A stretch of DNA of 64,000 nt from Cycas panzhihuaensis (taxonomy: Eukaryota > Plantae > Cycadophyta): positions 213,659,741 through 213,723,740 of the forward strand of contig CM041465.1 of the NCBI GenBank assembly GCA_023213395.1, in the 5' to 3' direction. A model generated the notes under the pieces. It did no database searches. It saw only the letters and a list, made by a program, of their open reading frames with translations, and was not told the DNA's origin. This document shows, one piece after another, positions 1-11,961 of the stretch (its first letter is position 1; each line of letters starts with the position of its first letter). The translations under genes and the position numbers were made by a program.

Positions 1-307
1 TCCCTGTGCAACACTTCCTTCCAGTTTTTAATAAGGGCTCTTTCCAACTGGTTTAGCTCATGGGACCTACCTTCCTCCTAAATCCTAAACTCAACTTCTT
101 TCAAGTCCTTGTCCAACTAATTTTTAACTTCAAATATATTTCCATAATTCCTTTTATTCCAATCCTTCACCTTTCTCTTTATCTAGTCTAATTTATTTGA
201 GAATTTATACATAACACTCCTAGAGATTGGAACTTTATACCATTCCTCAATTAGCTCCTTGAGGTTATGATGGTTTGTCCATATCAACTCAAACTTAAAA
301 GGTGTTC

Positions 308-553
308 TGTTATGAACCTCCTTAAGCAAAACACTTTAATTAATTAATTAAATATTAGGTGCTAGTGAAAAGGCACAACCCTCCATGAAAGGGCCTAATG
401 TGCATATAAATTAAGCACCAATTGTAACATGGACATCATATCTTTTATCTTATCAATCAAACTTGGTCAATTGACTATAAACTTGCCCAGCGTTCTGGCG
501 TGCTCTCTTGTGCTTCCTTGTTTTGCTTCAAGTTACGAACTGGGTTCGTAACA
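308..553 (+). repeat. 5' LTR of element A
   Basis: TGTTATGAACC...GGTTCGTAACA (11-bp terminal inverted repeat, 1 mismatch); identical to 3668-3913. Confidence 0.97.
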
Positions 554-555
554 AG

Positions 556-567
556 TGGTATCAGAGC
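556..567 (+). promoter_or_regulatory. Primer binding site (tRNA-iMet) of element A
   Basis: TGGTATCAGAGC 2 nt after the LTR end. Confidence 0.95.
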
Positions 568-1818
568 AGTTTCTGGGCACCTACTCATTGAACTGACCAC
601 GTAGGATAGAGAAAATCCAAAGTACACTCTGGGCACTGATTGAATTGACCACCAACCACCATAGGCATTCTAGTTCCGACTCATTTGTCAATCCCGTCGC
701 CTCTCTCCGCTTTGCATTACGTACCGCATCCTTGCATCTCAGCGTCTACTTGCGCCCTTGGTTCTTCTTCCAGTTGAACATCATACACTGAGGCGCCACT
801 GTGCAACCAAGCATCATTTTCCGCTAACTTCTGAGATCGTATTTACTATTCACACTCTGATTACGTATTCTTGTTCACTGCCTCTTGTGTCTGTCTTCCA
901 TTTGACCTGCCTATTTCGTTTCTGTATATGTTCTGGCTTTGGCTCTGCGTTTGCCTTTCATTTTTGCGCTAAGCCGTCGCCATTCTTTCTTGCGTTTTCT
1001 CGCGGACTGCCTGCAAAGGGCGTCTGTCTCCGTTCCGTTCCTAGGCGATCACTTTCAGCCACTAATAAAGCTGCTGTAATTCTTATTATTTATTAGTTCG
1101 TATACCGCGTCTGCCTGTAATTCTTATTATTATTAGCGCAAGCTTTGGATAGTGACGCATTTATTCATTATATTTGCGTTGTTATTGGCGCGCTGCGTGG
1201 ATAGTGTCATTCATTTTCGAGTGACGCATTTATTCATTTTCGAGTCCGTTCTATATTGTCGCCAAACACATTTTACGGTTTGGCGCATTTATTAATTGCG
1301 ATATTGCTTTGGAAATCGATTTGGAAAGATATTATACTTAAGTGATATCTTTGCGATATTATATTTAAGTGATATCTTTGCTTTGGAAATCGATTTGGAG
1401 CATAAGATATTAAGTGATATATTTGCTTATAAAAAAAAAAAAAAAAAACTTTAAGTGATATATATATTTTCAATCTCCATAAGTCATATGTTTTATTGAT
1501 TGTCGTTTAATTAATTTGTCTATTTTGATTATTAGAACTAGCGCGTGCCTTCATACATCATTAAAGTCACTTGGGTTACAGAATTGTTCTGTAACATTTG
1601 TCTTCGATCTTCTGCCTGGCGTCTTAAAACACGTACTCTGTGGGTACATTCCATACAACACGAGATCAAATACTTTTTTCTATTCAGCTTGTGAAAATTA
1701 TACATAAGTGTAAAAGAGATTAATAAGAGAAGCAGAAACTTGCAGTAGTATTCTAAACACGCCCGTCAAACAGTGGAATCGTATTTATACGATTATTAAA
1801 ATAATAAACACTGAAGAC

Positions 1819-3685
1819 ATGGCAGATAACACTGTTCAAAAAGAGATCGTCGAACCAATCACGCAAGCAGTACACGAAGCAGTCCAGACATCAAATGCTC
1901 TATTAAATCATACATTACACCAGATATTGGATAAATTAACAATCATAGCTACAAACAAAGAAAGAAGATATGATCGCTCACGATTACGAGGATGAAGCAA
2001 TGAGTCGACAATCTCATATCGAGAATCGATCATAAAAATATTCCATCCTCGGATAACTCCCATTAATCTGAAAATGAAGCTATCAAAAATACCTTAATGA
2101 GTATCGCATTTAACCTCAAGAGCAGGAAGATAGTGGGATTTCAAGCATATTTCAATTGTTTACACAATATCCAAGCACGTAAAAAGAAAAATTAGAAAAA
2201 ATAACTATACAACGTTTCAATATGGAGCAAAAGTCGCATGAGCCAAGAGTATGGATCCAACAAATGGAAAACTATTTTCGCTTAATGGAGATTGAGCCAG
2301 CAGAGCAAGTTTCGTTAGCCGTCTTGCATTTGGATGGGATAGCATGCGAATGGTGGCAGTTTCTCGAACGAACCTCTTTTCAAGTTCAACTACCAACCTG
2401 GACAGAATTCGCGCTTTTATTCATTGAGCGATTTGAAACCGTATCTAATCGCGATTATTATTGTGAGTTACGAAAATTAAAACAAACAGGTTCTGTGGAA
2501 GAATACGGTCAAAGATTCACAAGGTTAAGCTATGTGTTAGAAGATATACCAACTAATCGACTTATCCAGTTATATATAGATGGTCTGAACGAGATCAAGC
2601 GGCGTTAAAATCCAAGAACCAAAGGACCTTAATAAGGCAATACAGTTAGCCAAAATACATGAAGATAAACATAGTACCTTACTCAAAACGGGCACAGATC
2701 GCTATATTCCTCCCCCTAGTCGACATGATATTATACCAAGTATTCAACATAGACACGTATCAGTCGTTCCAAATCGACCTGCTAAACCAATCATTCAAAA
2801 ATAAAAACAGAGCAAGAAGAGTTAAGAAGAAAAAATCTATGCTTCAGATGTGAGGAGAAGTGGGAACCGAGGCATCGATGTCAAAAGAACCAGTTATATA
2901 CAATCCGGTTACTGCTAGATGATAATATTGATGAAGAAGAACAAGGATCAGAAAATAATCAAGAAAATTATTATAACATAGAACATGCAGAGAGCTACAG
3001 TACGTCCGGGGTCGACTATCCGCAAATGTCACTATCATTTATGAATAGTTTTAATCAATCAAATACCCTAAAGCTACCAGGATCCATCAAAAATCAAGCT
3101 GTAACAATCTTGATTGATTCAGGAAGCACACATAACTTTATTGATCGAAACTGTGCACAACAATTAAGGTTATTTCCATTAAGGACTCCTCGTTTCTAGG
3201 TCACTGTTGGAGGAAGACAGGTAATCTCTGGTCAAGGTGTAATGAAGAATCTTAGCCTCACGCTAAATGAAGTCAGTATTATAGAAGATTTCTATGTCGT
3301 CGATGTTGGAGGTGTAGATGTGGTACTGGGTAGTCAATGGCTCAGTACGCTCGGAACTTTTGAAATGAATATTAATGAACAATTTATACGATTTAAAAAA
3401 GACGGAAGAATTATCTCGTTATCAGGAAAACGATTGAATAAAACTAAAGCCCTGCCGCGCAAGGATCAAAGTGAAGAAGTCAAGAAACAACCACCAGCAT
3501 TTCAAAAACACAGTCAAGGTTTTCAATCAGAAGATTTTTCCGATAAATACCTGCAACATCCATCTAATCGCCTAATGGATTCTACTACAATGAAGGATAG
3601 CGTACGTTTAAAGGACTGCAATCGTTCGACTATGTTTCATGGGCGAAACATCTCAAGAGGGAGGACTTGTTATGAACCTCCTTAA
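1819..3685 (+). pseudogene. gag: Disrupted gag-aspartic protease polyprotein of element A
   Basis: ATG 1819 with TGA at 1993. Capsid core WIQQMENYF...HLDGIACEWW...LKQTGSVEEY (2222-2608). Zinc knuckle LCFRCEEKWEPRHRC (~2837-2881). Protease ILIDSGSTHNFID (~3107-3145) and DVVLGSQWL. Frame changes at ~2000-2180, ~2600 and ~2805; TAG at 3197. Confidence 0.9.
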
Positions 3686-3913
3686 GCAAAACACTTTAAT
3701 TAATTAATTAAATATTAGGTGCTAGTGAAAAGGCACAACCCTCCATGAAAGGGCCTAATGTGCATATAAATTAAGCACCAATTGTAACATGGACATCATA
3801 TCTTTTATCTTATCAATCAAACTTGGTCAATTGACTATAAACTTGCCCAGCGTTCTGGCGTGCTCTCTTGTGCTTCCTTGTTTTGCTTCAAGTTACGAAC
3901 TGGGTTCGTAACA
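3668..3913 (+). repeat. 3' LTR of element A
   Basis: Line-by-line identical to 308-553; followed by TSD TGTTC. Confidence 0.97.
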
Positions 3914-4649
3914 TGTTCCAATATGTTTTTGACTATTTGAGAATTCCAACAGTAGGGGGGAGTTATCTGGCACCCTCTTCGACATATCCTCTAATTTGAA
4001 GTTATTGAAGGTACTAGTCTAGGCATAATTGGTTAGCATTCTATCTAATCTCCCCTGTATATGATGAATGCTAGTCCTTCTATTAGTCCATGTATATTTA
4101 TCCCCCTTAAGGAGGATGCCCATTAGTCCTCCTCTCTACATAAAGGAACTCAAATCTGCCATACTTCTTGTCTAATCTTCATTATCTCATTTTTTCTCTT
4201 CAAGGGACAAAGTCGTATTAAAGTCTCTTATGACTAGCTAGGGCCTATCCCACTTCCTGTGCTCCTTTAGGATTTCATTCCAAAGAGTTCTCTTTCCCTC
4301 TACTAGGATATGGGCATAAATATTTGTAACCAACCACCTAATATTCATTCTCCTACAAGTGACATAAATAGATATATAATGTTTTTTGTCCTGTATAGTT
4401 CTCCCTGCCACTCCCTAGGGTTCCACATAACTGCTATGCCTCTTGATCCTAGAAGCCCATCCCTTTATAACGTATCTACCTTCCTCCAAATTTTATCCTT
4501 TACTTTATCTCTATTTTTTTTAGTTAGTTTGGTTTTCTACAACCATAATATGTCTGGTTTCAAACTCATGAGGAGATCCTTCACTGCTCTTTGCCTAGAT
4601 GGAGCATTTATCCCTCTTATATTCCATGAAATCAACTTCATCTCTTCCT

Positions 4650-5930
4650 CTTAGCCCTCCAACTTTCCCTTCCATCTTCTTTCTGGGGCTCTCTATCTTC
4701 CTCTCTAGCCCTTAATCTAGGGCCCTTATAACTTCCCTCCCTATGGGTTCTTTGCCTTCCTTTGTCTATTTGTATTGCCACCTCCCTCTCTCTTAACATC
4801 TTAAGGATGGGTCTTCCCACCCTTCTATCAGATCCTATATCATGACCCCTTCACTGCTCCTACCCACTTTGGTCCTCCTAAATATCCTTGCCTTTGGCCT
4901 TCTAGATCCTCCTGGGACCTCCCAAATCTTCCTCAGATTAGGTATTAGGCTTTCCTCTAAATCTTTCTTAGTTATGTTGAGGTGTCTCTTCCCTCTCTAC
5001 TCACCTCTCTTCTGTTTGCAACTCCTCTTCTTCCTCTAGGAGGGTATCTTCCTCTTTTGGATCAAAACATGACCTTCCTTTCATCGGTACCTCTTAAGGA
5101 CCCTCCTATTCCATAAGAGCTTTGGACCCCTCCATCTCCTTCTCATTTGTAGCTTGGGGCTCCTCTCCCTCCTACCTCCCCTTAACATCCTTAATTTCCC
5201 TTGGATAGTTTTGAGGGAGATGATTTACCTTCTTATATGAGGAGCAATTGATATTATCTACTTCGTAAAATAAAGGTTGCTTTCTACTCCAACCATTATA
5301 TTCAATCCTCATGCTGTCTGGGAGTGGGTTATCATATCTTACTAGAACATAAACTTTAGAGTTGATCTATGTACTTCTATTTTTTATGGTAGAGTCTATT
5401 GCTAAGAGGGGACTGATTACTTTTGTAATGTCCTTTATAACAGCAAGGTCCCAAACTTAGAGAGGTAGACCCGACATATGCACCTAGATTAGGGCCTATT
5501 TAATAATTGACACTATCAAATCAAAGTTTGAGTACTACTTCTCTAACAATAAAGCCTTTCTCCCTAACACCTAAGGGGATTTTAATAAGATGCCAACCGT
5601 AGCTTCCTGGTTAGTAAATTTAAACAAAACACAACCTCTTAGGAGGGCCATCACATCAACTGCAATTTTAGTCTTCCATCTCATCCTTATCTAACTCCTA
5701 ATGAAGTCCAAACCATGTCTAGGACCATAAAACCTACCCATAAGGCTATTTTCCCAATGTTTCTCTATTCTATCTAGGATTCTCTTTGGTATAGGTATTC
5801 TAATAAGGTCATCCTACCTTATGGGGATTATTTCATAGGTTTCTATTTCCTCATTTCTAAGTGCCTCTAGGTAGGTCTTTCTCGGTGAGTTATTTTGGGT
5901 CTAATTCATATCCATCTTGTCTTTATCCAT
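4650..5930 (-). pseudogene. LINE ORF1 (DUF4283-like domain + degenerate zinc knuckle), multiple stops
   Basis: Minus strand reads HWENSLMGRFYG...GCVLFKFTN...I*VHMSGLPL*VWD...INCSSYKKVNHLPQNYP, the typical plant L1 ORF1 layout. Confidence 0.75.
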
Positions 5931-6160
5931 TATTAATAATATGTTATAATTCTTCATAATAATACAACAAAAACAATACAGATGCCCTTACTTAACATCT
6001 CACAAAACTTATAACAAAGGTAGTTAAGATAGTACCTCTCCTTATCCATTATTAATAATAGGTTACAACTCTTTGCAATGATATAACAAAAATAATTTGG
6101 CTGCCCTTACTTAACATCTCAAAAAACTTATAACAAAGGTAGTTAAAATAATACCTCTCC
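5922..6160. repeat. Two-copy tandem duplication (~119 bp unit) at the LINE ORF1 start / 5' UTR
   Basis: TTATCCATTATTAATAATA...GCCCTTACTTAACATCTC...AACTTATAACAAAGGTAGTTAA...TACCTCTCC occurs at ~5922 and ~6042. Confidence 0.85.
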
Positions 6161-7119
6161 TTTCTAAGCTCTCCCAGCTAACTTAAGAGTTAGACCAACC
6201 TTTTGTGCTTTAAGTCCCTCTAGAACGACTTCTTTCTGGTCTCCTCTCTACTTAATCTATATTTCTCTGCATGCAACACCACCTTCTAGCTTAGATACCA
6301 CCATTGTGCTATCCTCAAGTAGCTCTTGGCTTCATCATAGGTCCTCTCACTCCATCTGGTATCGCTTGATATTCCTTTATGCCTCCTAGTCTTTACAATC
6401 CTACCATGCAAATGGTCAGCCTCCCAACTTAGTCCTTTCACTACAAGCTCCATGGATTGGTCTTCATACATCCCTGACTTCTTTGTGATCCATACATTCC
6501 ATCTGGGTAGCTCTGTTGCCCCCCCTCTTACACTCAAAACTATCCTTCAGGCCCCCAACCTCATCTTCATGATCGACTCTATGTAGAAACCCTAGTACAA
6601 CTATGTAGAATGATGGTAACTGAGTAAGATTACATAAATATAATACTATCATCAACAACCCTTTCACCTCAGTCAAAGTTGAAGGCATTTTATAAAACAT
6701 CTTCATGTTTTATGTTCAAAGAACAACCAAAATTTTCCAAATAATTCATAGAATAAAACCATGTAAATATAAGCATTATCACTTAGCTCCTATCTCAATT
6801 ATGTGAACATCAAATATCTTCAATTCTTTCTAATAGTCTTATCCAATTTTGGATGGAAGATTCCTTGGGAAGCCTTGAGAACATTCTAGAAAATTGGTAA
6901 ATATATCATGATTTTATAATAAATCCAAAACTTGTATTGTTTAACTTGAAAATAGTGGTGAGTAATACCATGGTTCAATGAACAATTGACCAAAGGCTAG
7001 CAAAAAAAGTTTTCTAAGTTAAATTATAAACAATTTTTGTGCATTATAAGTTGACACATGAATTCAACAAATCTATACAATATTATGTTGTTAGAAAGAT
7101 GTCATCTTCATTCAAGTAG

Positions 7120-7405
7120 ACTTTGAGGACAAATCCTTTCAAGAAGGGAGGGCTTGTAATGTGCCTAGTGGATACATAATTAGATAGCAATAATTATTAG
7201 TAAATAATCATGACTATTTGTCTCAAAGGATACAACTTTTCATACTCAATAGTATATATTCATTGACAATTATAAAATTTAACATCAATTTGGTTAAATT
7301 ATTATACTTTATCCTTTGGATAAGTTTTATCTTAGATGTAGTAGCTTCTTATTTTTAAGTGTGACCAACTTGGATCACCTTGTCCTTTTCTAAACATGTT
7401 GCACA
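7120..7405 (+). mobile_element. 3' end fragment of a chromovirus-like Gypsy element (pol end, PPT, start of LTR at 7155)
   Basis: TTTGAGGACAAATCCTTTCAAGAAGGGAGGGCT-TGTAATG (FEDKSFQEGRACNV) resembles the chromovirus pol-end/PPT/LTR junction; right boundary uncertain. Confidence 0.5.
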
Positions 7406-8494
7406 AGCACTAATATCTTTCAAGATATAATGAAAATACTTATAATAACACAAAAAATACATACCAAATTCTTTTAGTATTTCTTTTAATTTTGGGTTTT
7501 TTTTAGCGAAAGTTTGAGAACTTATTTCCCTATATACTAAAATGATTTTCTTTTATGCTCCTAATCATTCCCTCTAAGACACCATCCATTCCCCTAAGAA
7601 GTTGAATCTCTTTTGGAATCATGCTAAGGGAGTTTTTCTTTATTTCTTTTCTCTTATGCTAGTCATTAGGAATCCTTCCCTTGAGGCATATGGTATATTT
7701 TCCTTATCTTCTAACTACACCTACCTCTTATAACTTTAAAATTAACTAAAATTTAAAGGTTATTTTTCTTTGTAAACCCAATCATATTTTCTTTCTTAAT
7801 TACATCCCTTCCAAGCTTCTTTGTGGCTTCAACATTGAAGCAAATTATGCTTCTTCTTCCTCTTCTAATCCCTCATATATCTTCTCTTCTAGTCATATGT
7901 TCTTTGATATTTTCCCACTCAAGTCTACTTAAAACTTATTCCTAGAACTTGACTACTCCCATTTCTCTTTCTTTGATCCTAGCTATATATTTAATCCTAT
8001 TCATGAATTGCTTACAACCCAATCCAAGATTTTGTTATCTCAATTCTCTATTATATGCTTAATTTTGTGTTCATTTAATCATAAGGTAAATCATAACACC
8101 TATGTTTCTAAATTTGTAATCTAAAGAGGACCATCTCATTATTACTCTAAATATTAATGTATTTTGATTTCTATTGTATGAGGAGACATGTATTTTAATT
8201 ATCCATTAATAATAATAATTCATAACTATCTTATCAACCATCTTTTCAACTTTATTATTTATATAGATTTTATATTACAATTCTTAAATTATGTCATGCC
8301 TATGCCTCCTTCATACTAAAATCTTTACCTACTAATGATTTTCACAAATAATTAATGTTGAAAAACATAATTTCTTAATACAACATGCCTAATGATGATC
8401 TATGAATTATGAACATAATTATCCTTAGAGATAGTGAAGTTGCCTCTTCTAAAACCTTTAGTTGGCTTCACTTATAGGTAATTAGTTTTGTCTT

Positions 8495-8625
8495 TATATA
8501 GGGAAGGTATCCTACCTTCTTTTAAAGGTGGAGGTAAATCTACCTTTAGATTTAAGAAAAGATAGGTTACCTTCATTTAATTAGGAAGGTAATTTACCTT
8601 CACCTTTAAATGAAGATAAACTTCT
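8495..8625. repeat. Degenerate ~27-28 bp minisatellite of palindromic units (GAAGGTAnnnTACCTTC)
   Basis: Units at ~8503, 8531, 8559, 8585 and 8612; 8521-8546 is a near reverse complement of 8586-8610. Confidence 0.7.
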
Positions 8626-11600
8626 TATAAGATACATTGTAGATTATGCATTACCTTCATATTTTGACTAAGGTAAAACAAGTACTTAATATAGTTCATT
8701 AGCTTAGAAATATCTATAGTAATATTACATAGCTATTATAATATGTTTACATTTAGGTGTAGTAGAAAGTAAATTATTAATTCTCTTATTCTACCCTTAT
8801 GTTCCTAGGAATAATTTTGAGCCATAGTAATCTCCTTATAGTAGTACGAACATTTTCTCCATACCAAAGGGAAATCCTATTTAGTTGCTTAAACTACTAA
8901 CTAAGCATAAGAATAAAAATGAGAAGAGCTTTATATAATCTATATTCCAAATTGTTTCTATACTAATTTTATAAAATCATCTTAACACATTAGCATGTTA
9001 TATAACTTTAGTCTATATCAATTTGTAAATAGCCATTAATGTGGTTCATTTATTTATTATAGTTTTATCACTCCATTATTAAACTCTTGGATAATCTAAT
9101 AGGGTCCTAACCATATATTTTTAGTTTTTCTTAGGATGTTATTGATGAAAAATTATTTTTCCTAATATAAATATGGTGCATGTTCTCCCTTTAATAATTA
9201 TTTTCTTTATTTTCCTATATAAAATATCTTTTAGGTTTATAAATCTCTAATAAGTTCATTAATATAAGAATAATAAATTATATGCTCATATAATATTCAA
9301 TATCAATTAATATGTAACTATCAGGCAATATGAGATATGGATGACATAATAAGAAAGATGAAATATACATCAACCATAAGACAATAAAAACATATGGGGA
9401 ATGATTATATCCCAATATTGTGTTATGAATGAATATAAATTTATAGATACATAAGTCTCATAGAGTATAAATAGAGTGAGAGAACCTCTTATATGAATAC
9501 TTAAGTAGATGCATACCTCTTAATGTGCTTAATTTAATAATAAGACATATTAAGAGAGTAGGGGCCTTTCACCACTTGACATAACATTACAATGAGTAAT
9601 TGAATATTACTCTTACATTCTTTGCCATAATGTTTAATTACAAATAAGAGAGAATATTCATTTCCAACCTTGAGAAAATAATTAGAAATACTCATCTTCA
9701 AATTTCTAATAACATCATTAACTCATCAAGTAATGCTCATTTATATATGAGCAATCTCCACTTGGAAGTGTATAAGTTACAAGCACATAATAAAAAACTC
9801 CATTAAATAAACTTTAATCTAAAACAATAATTAATATCTATATGAAATGACTACCATCTATTAAGCTATATAGGTGGCTAGTTGCTATAGCTAATAGCCT
9901 ATTAGGAAGCAATTTAGATATGTGGTTCACCAGTTAATCAATACTAAATAACCTACTTTAGAAATAAGTCACACTACTTAGCAAATAAGTAGTTGCATAT
10001 AGAGGGAGAAGAGTAACTTTGGTTACTATACACCACACCCCTTATTAAATATAGACCTAAACACTAGCTTAATTTGGTATGTAGTCTTCAACATTGATAC
10101 AATTGATATTAAATAAGCTTTAACAAATCTCTAAACCTCCAACAAGCTTCATAAACTCCAACACAACAAGCCTCTGTGAACACCAAACTCAAAAACCTCC
10201 ATTAACTTCATCATTAAACATGAGTCATCTTAGAACAAAAGCAATGAAGAGGGTGGTTAAACATTAATAACATAATAATATCTAGCTTTCAATTAAAAAA
10301 ACTTTAATTTCTCTCTCATCTCTTAATAAAAATGGGTTCTTAACATATCATAGTAAAACATGAATTTTCTCATTTTTTTAAAACATAAAAAAAAAAAAAA
10401 ATTCAAAAGTGATAATGAGCTATAAAATTTCTTTTCTTTTGATTTCTTCATTAATAAAATATTTATAATTATTAATATATACTAAAGATATTTTTAATAT
10501 TAAAACATCCTTCAAGTTACTCAAAAAGTAAACAAAAAAATAAACCTTTAAGAGTGCTAGATTTCCTTCCATCAATCTTAACCATTAAAACTTGTATCAA
10601 ATCTCTATAAAAAATGTTCACATGACTAGTCATTATGTAGCCATGAAAATCACCTCCTCAATAATATGACTAAATCAAAATCCATTTCCATATAAGAGAG
10701 ATATTCAATTTTCCATAGGCTAAAGTAATTAAAAGACTAAAAAAGTAAAAAAAAAAAAAAATCCTTTTATTCATTAGCTCTTGGTCATGTGAAAAACCTA
10801 TGTGACCTCCTAAGGGGCTTATAATCTTAAAGAAACATTCCAAATCAACTTAGTTTCATATTATAAAGTTTAAAAACATTATAAAAAATGATTTTATCAT
10901 TAAAAACTTGCTATTATTGAATTTAACCTACACATAGGAGTGGTGCTCATTATGGAGATCTACATTAATCACCAAAGGATTAAATCATCATGAAACTCAA
11001 TAAAAAATTAGAAATAAGGTAATATGACCATTATCTATGTATTAGAGTAGATAAAATTTAGAAATATTACATCTATAATTAATAATTAATTTATAAATGA
11101 AGAATACCTTAGATTTTTCTATAAATAAGAATGGCATTATGACTCAACAAACTAACTTACATGCATCCATCTCGCTGTGGCAATCATGACTTGAATCTTT
11201 TATTGTGTCTCTTACATATAAATGACCATCACCCATAAGCATATAGTGTTCTTACTAGTGGCTATCTCACTGGGTCTAACTACTCAATATAATATAAATG
11301 ACAATTATGGCTATAGTCTCATTGTGTCTGGCACTCAATATAATGCGAATAGTGACTATAACTACAATCTCAGCCTATTTGGTTACAAATAATGATTTGT
11401 GTGAACTGTGTCCTCATCATGATATCTATGTGATCAAAATAATGATCAAATCATTTTATTTTGTCTACTTAATATCTGCTCACCATGCTATGAACTCCTT
11501 CGATCTAGGCAATGGTAACTCTTGAGATAAAACCACAACTTTAGGGCATGTATTGATACATCCATGATCTTAGGCTATGATGCTATCACTCCACTACTGT

Positions 11601-11961
11601 AAGCTTAGTGATAATATAGATAAATAGATCTGGTAGGCTTTCTCAAATTTAATGGCTAGCAATTGAGTAACTAGAGGCTATAATAATAGAAACAAGGGGC
11701 ACTAGCCATGCTTCATACCTAGACACTTGCATAAAATAAAATAGCCTCTTACACTCTTCTGCACAACTTCAAGCACCAATGAACCCTTATAAAATAAATA
11801 ACAGAAGGTATTATGAGTCTTCACATGACCACTACATCTTATAGCTAACTTTTTGGCTATTAGAGAAGCTGATCCTCAATGAAGGGTTGATTTAACACAA
11901 CCTGGCAACCTACAATCTAAAAATCTCTACCCAATGTATGTTTACTTGTGCACAACCATCT

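Larger units (their letters stand above)
308..3913 (+). mobile_element. Element A: young non-autonomous Ty3/Gypsy (chromovirus-like) LTR retrotransposon carrying gag-protease only (TR-GAG-like), 3606 bp
   Basis: Two identical 246-bp TG..CA LTRs at an offset of exactly 3360. TSD TGTTC at 303-307 and 3914-3918. PBS TGGTATCAGAGC at 556-567; PPT AAGAGGGAGGAC just before the 3' LTR. Gag and protease motifs present, no RT/RH/IN. Confidence 0.96.
1..4641 (-). pseudogene. LINE ORF2 N-terminal part (AP endonuclease and downstream linker), split by element A
   Basis: SWNIRG, RLDR and PFKFE..W motifs on the minus strand in 3919-4641 and 1-307; in-frame stops present. Confidence 0.8.
1..5930 (-). mobile_element. 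Degenerate L1-type LINE (ORF1 + 5' part of ORF2), interrupted by LTR element A at 308-3913; runs off the left edge
   Basis: Minus strand gives the ORF2 APE endonuclease start MKLISWNIRGINAP (ATG at 4641) and IQGRLDRML (~4040-4060). The frame rejoins across the TSD to ...TPFKFELIWTNHHNLKELIEEW (~240-310). A DUF4283-like ORF1 lies upstream. Confidence 0.88.

Noticed and set aside
758-1096. 112-aa hydrophobic ORF in the element A leader as a possible env-like/accessory gene
   Set aside because: Non-ATG (TTG) start, no recognisable motif, and the F/L/S/C bias is explained by T-rich DNA.
4310-5039. Plus-strand ORFs 4310-4654 and 4842-5039 (and similar ORFs such as 27454-27765, 21775-22020, 44701-45074)
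   Set aside because: Antisense shadows of retroelement coding regions.
8495-8625. Palindromic repeat-spacer pattern as a CRISPR array
   Set aside because: Spacers are ~10 nt and similar to each other, repeats are degenerate, there are no cas genes, and the context is eukaryotic.
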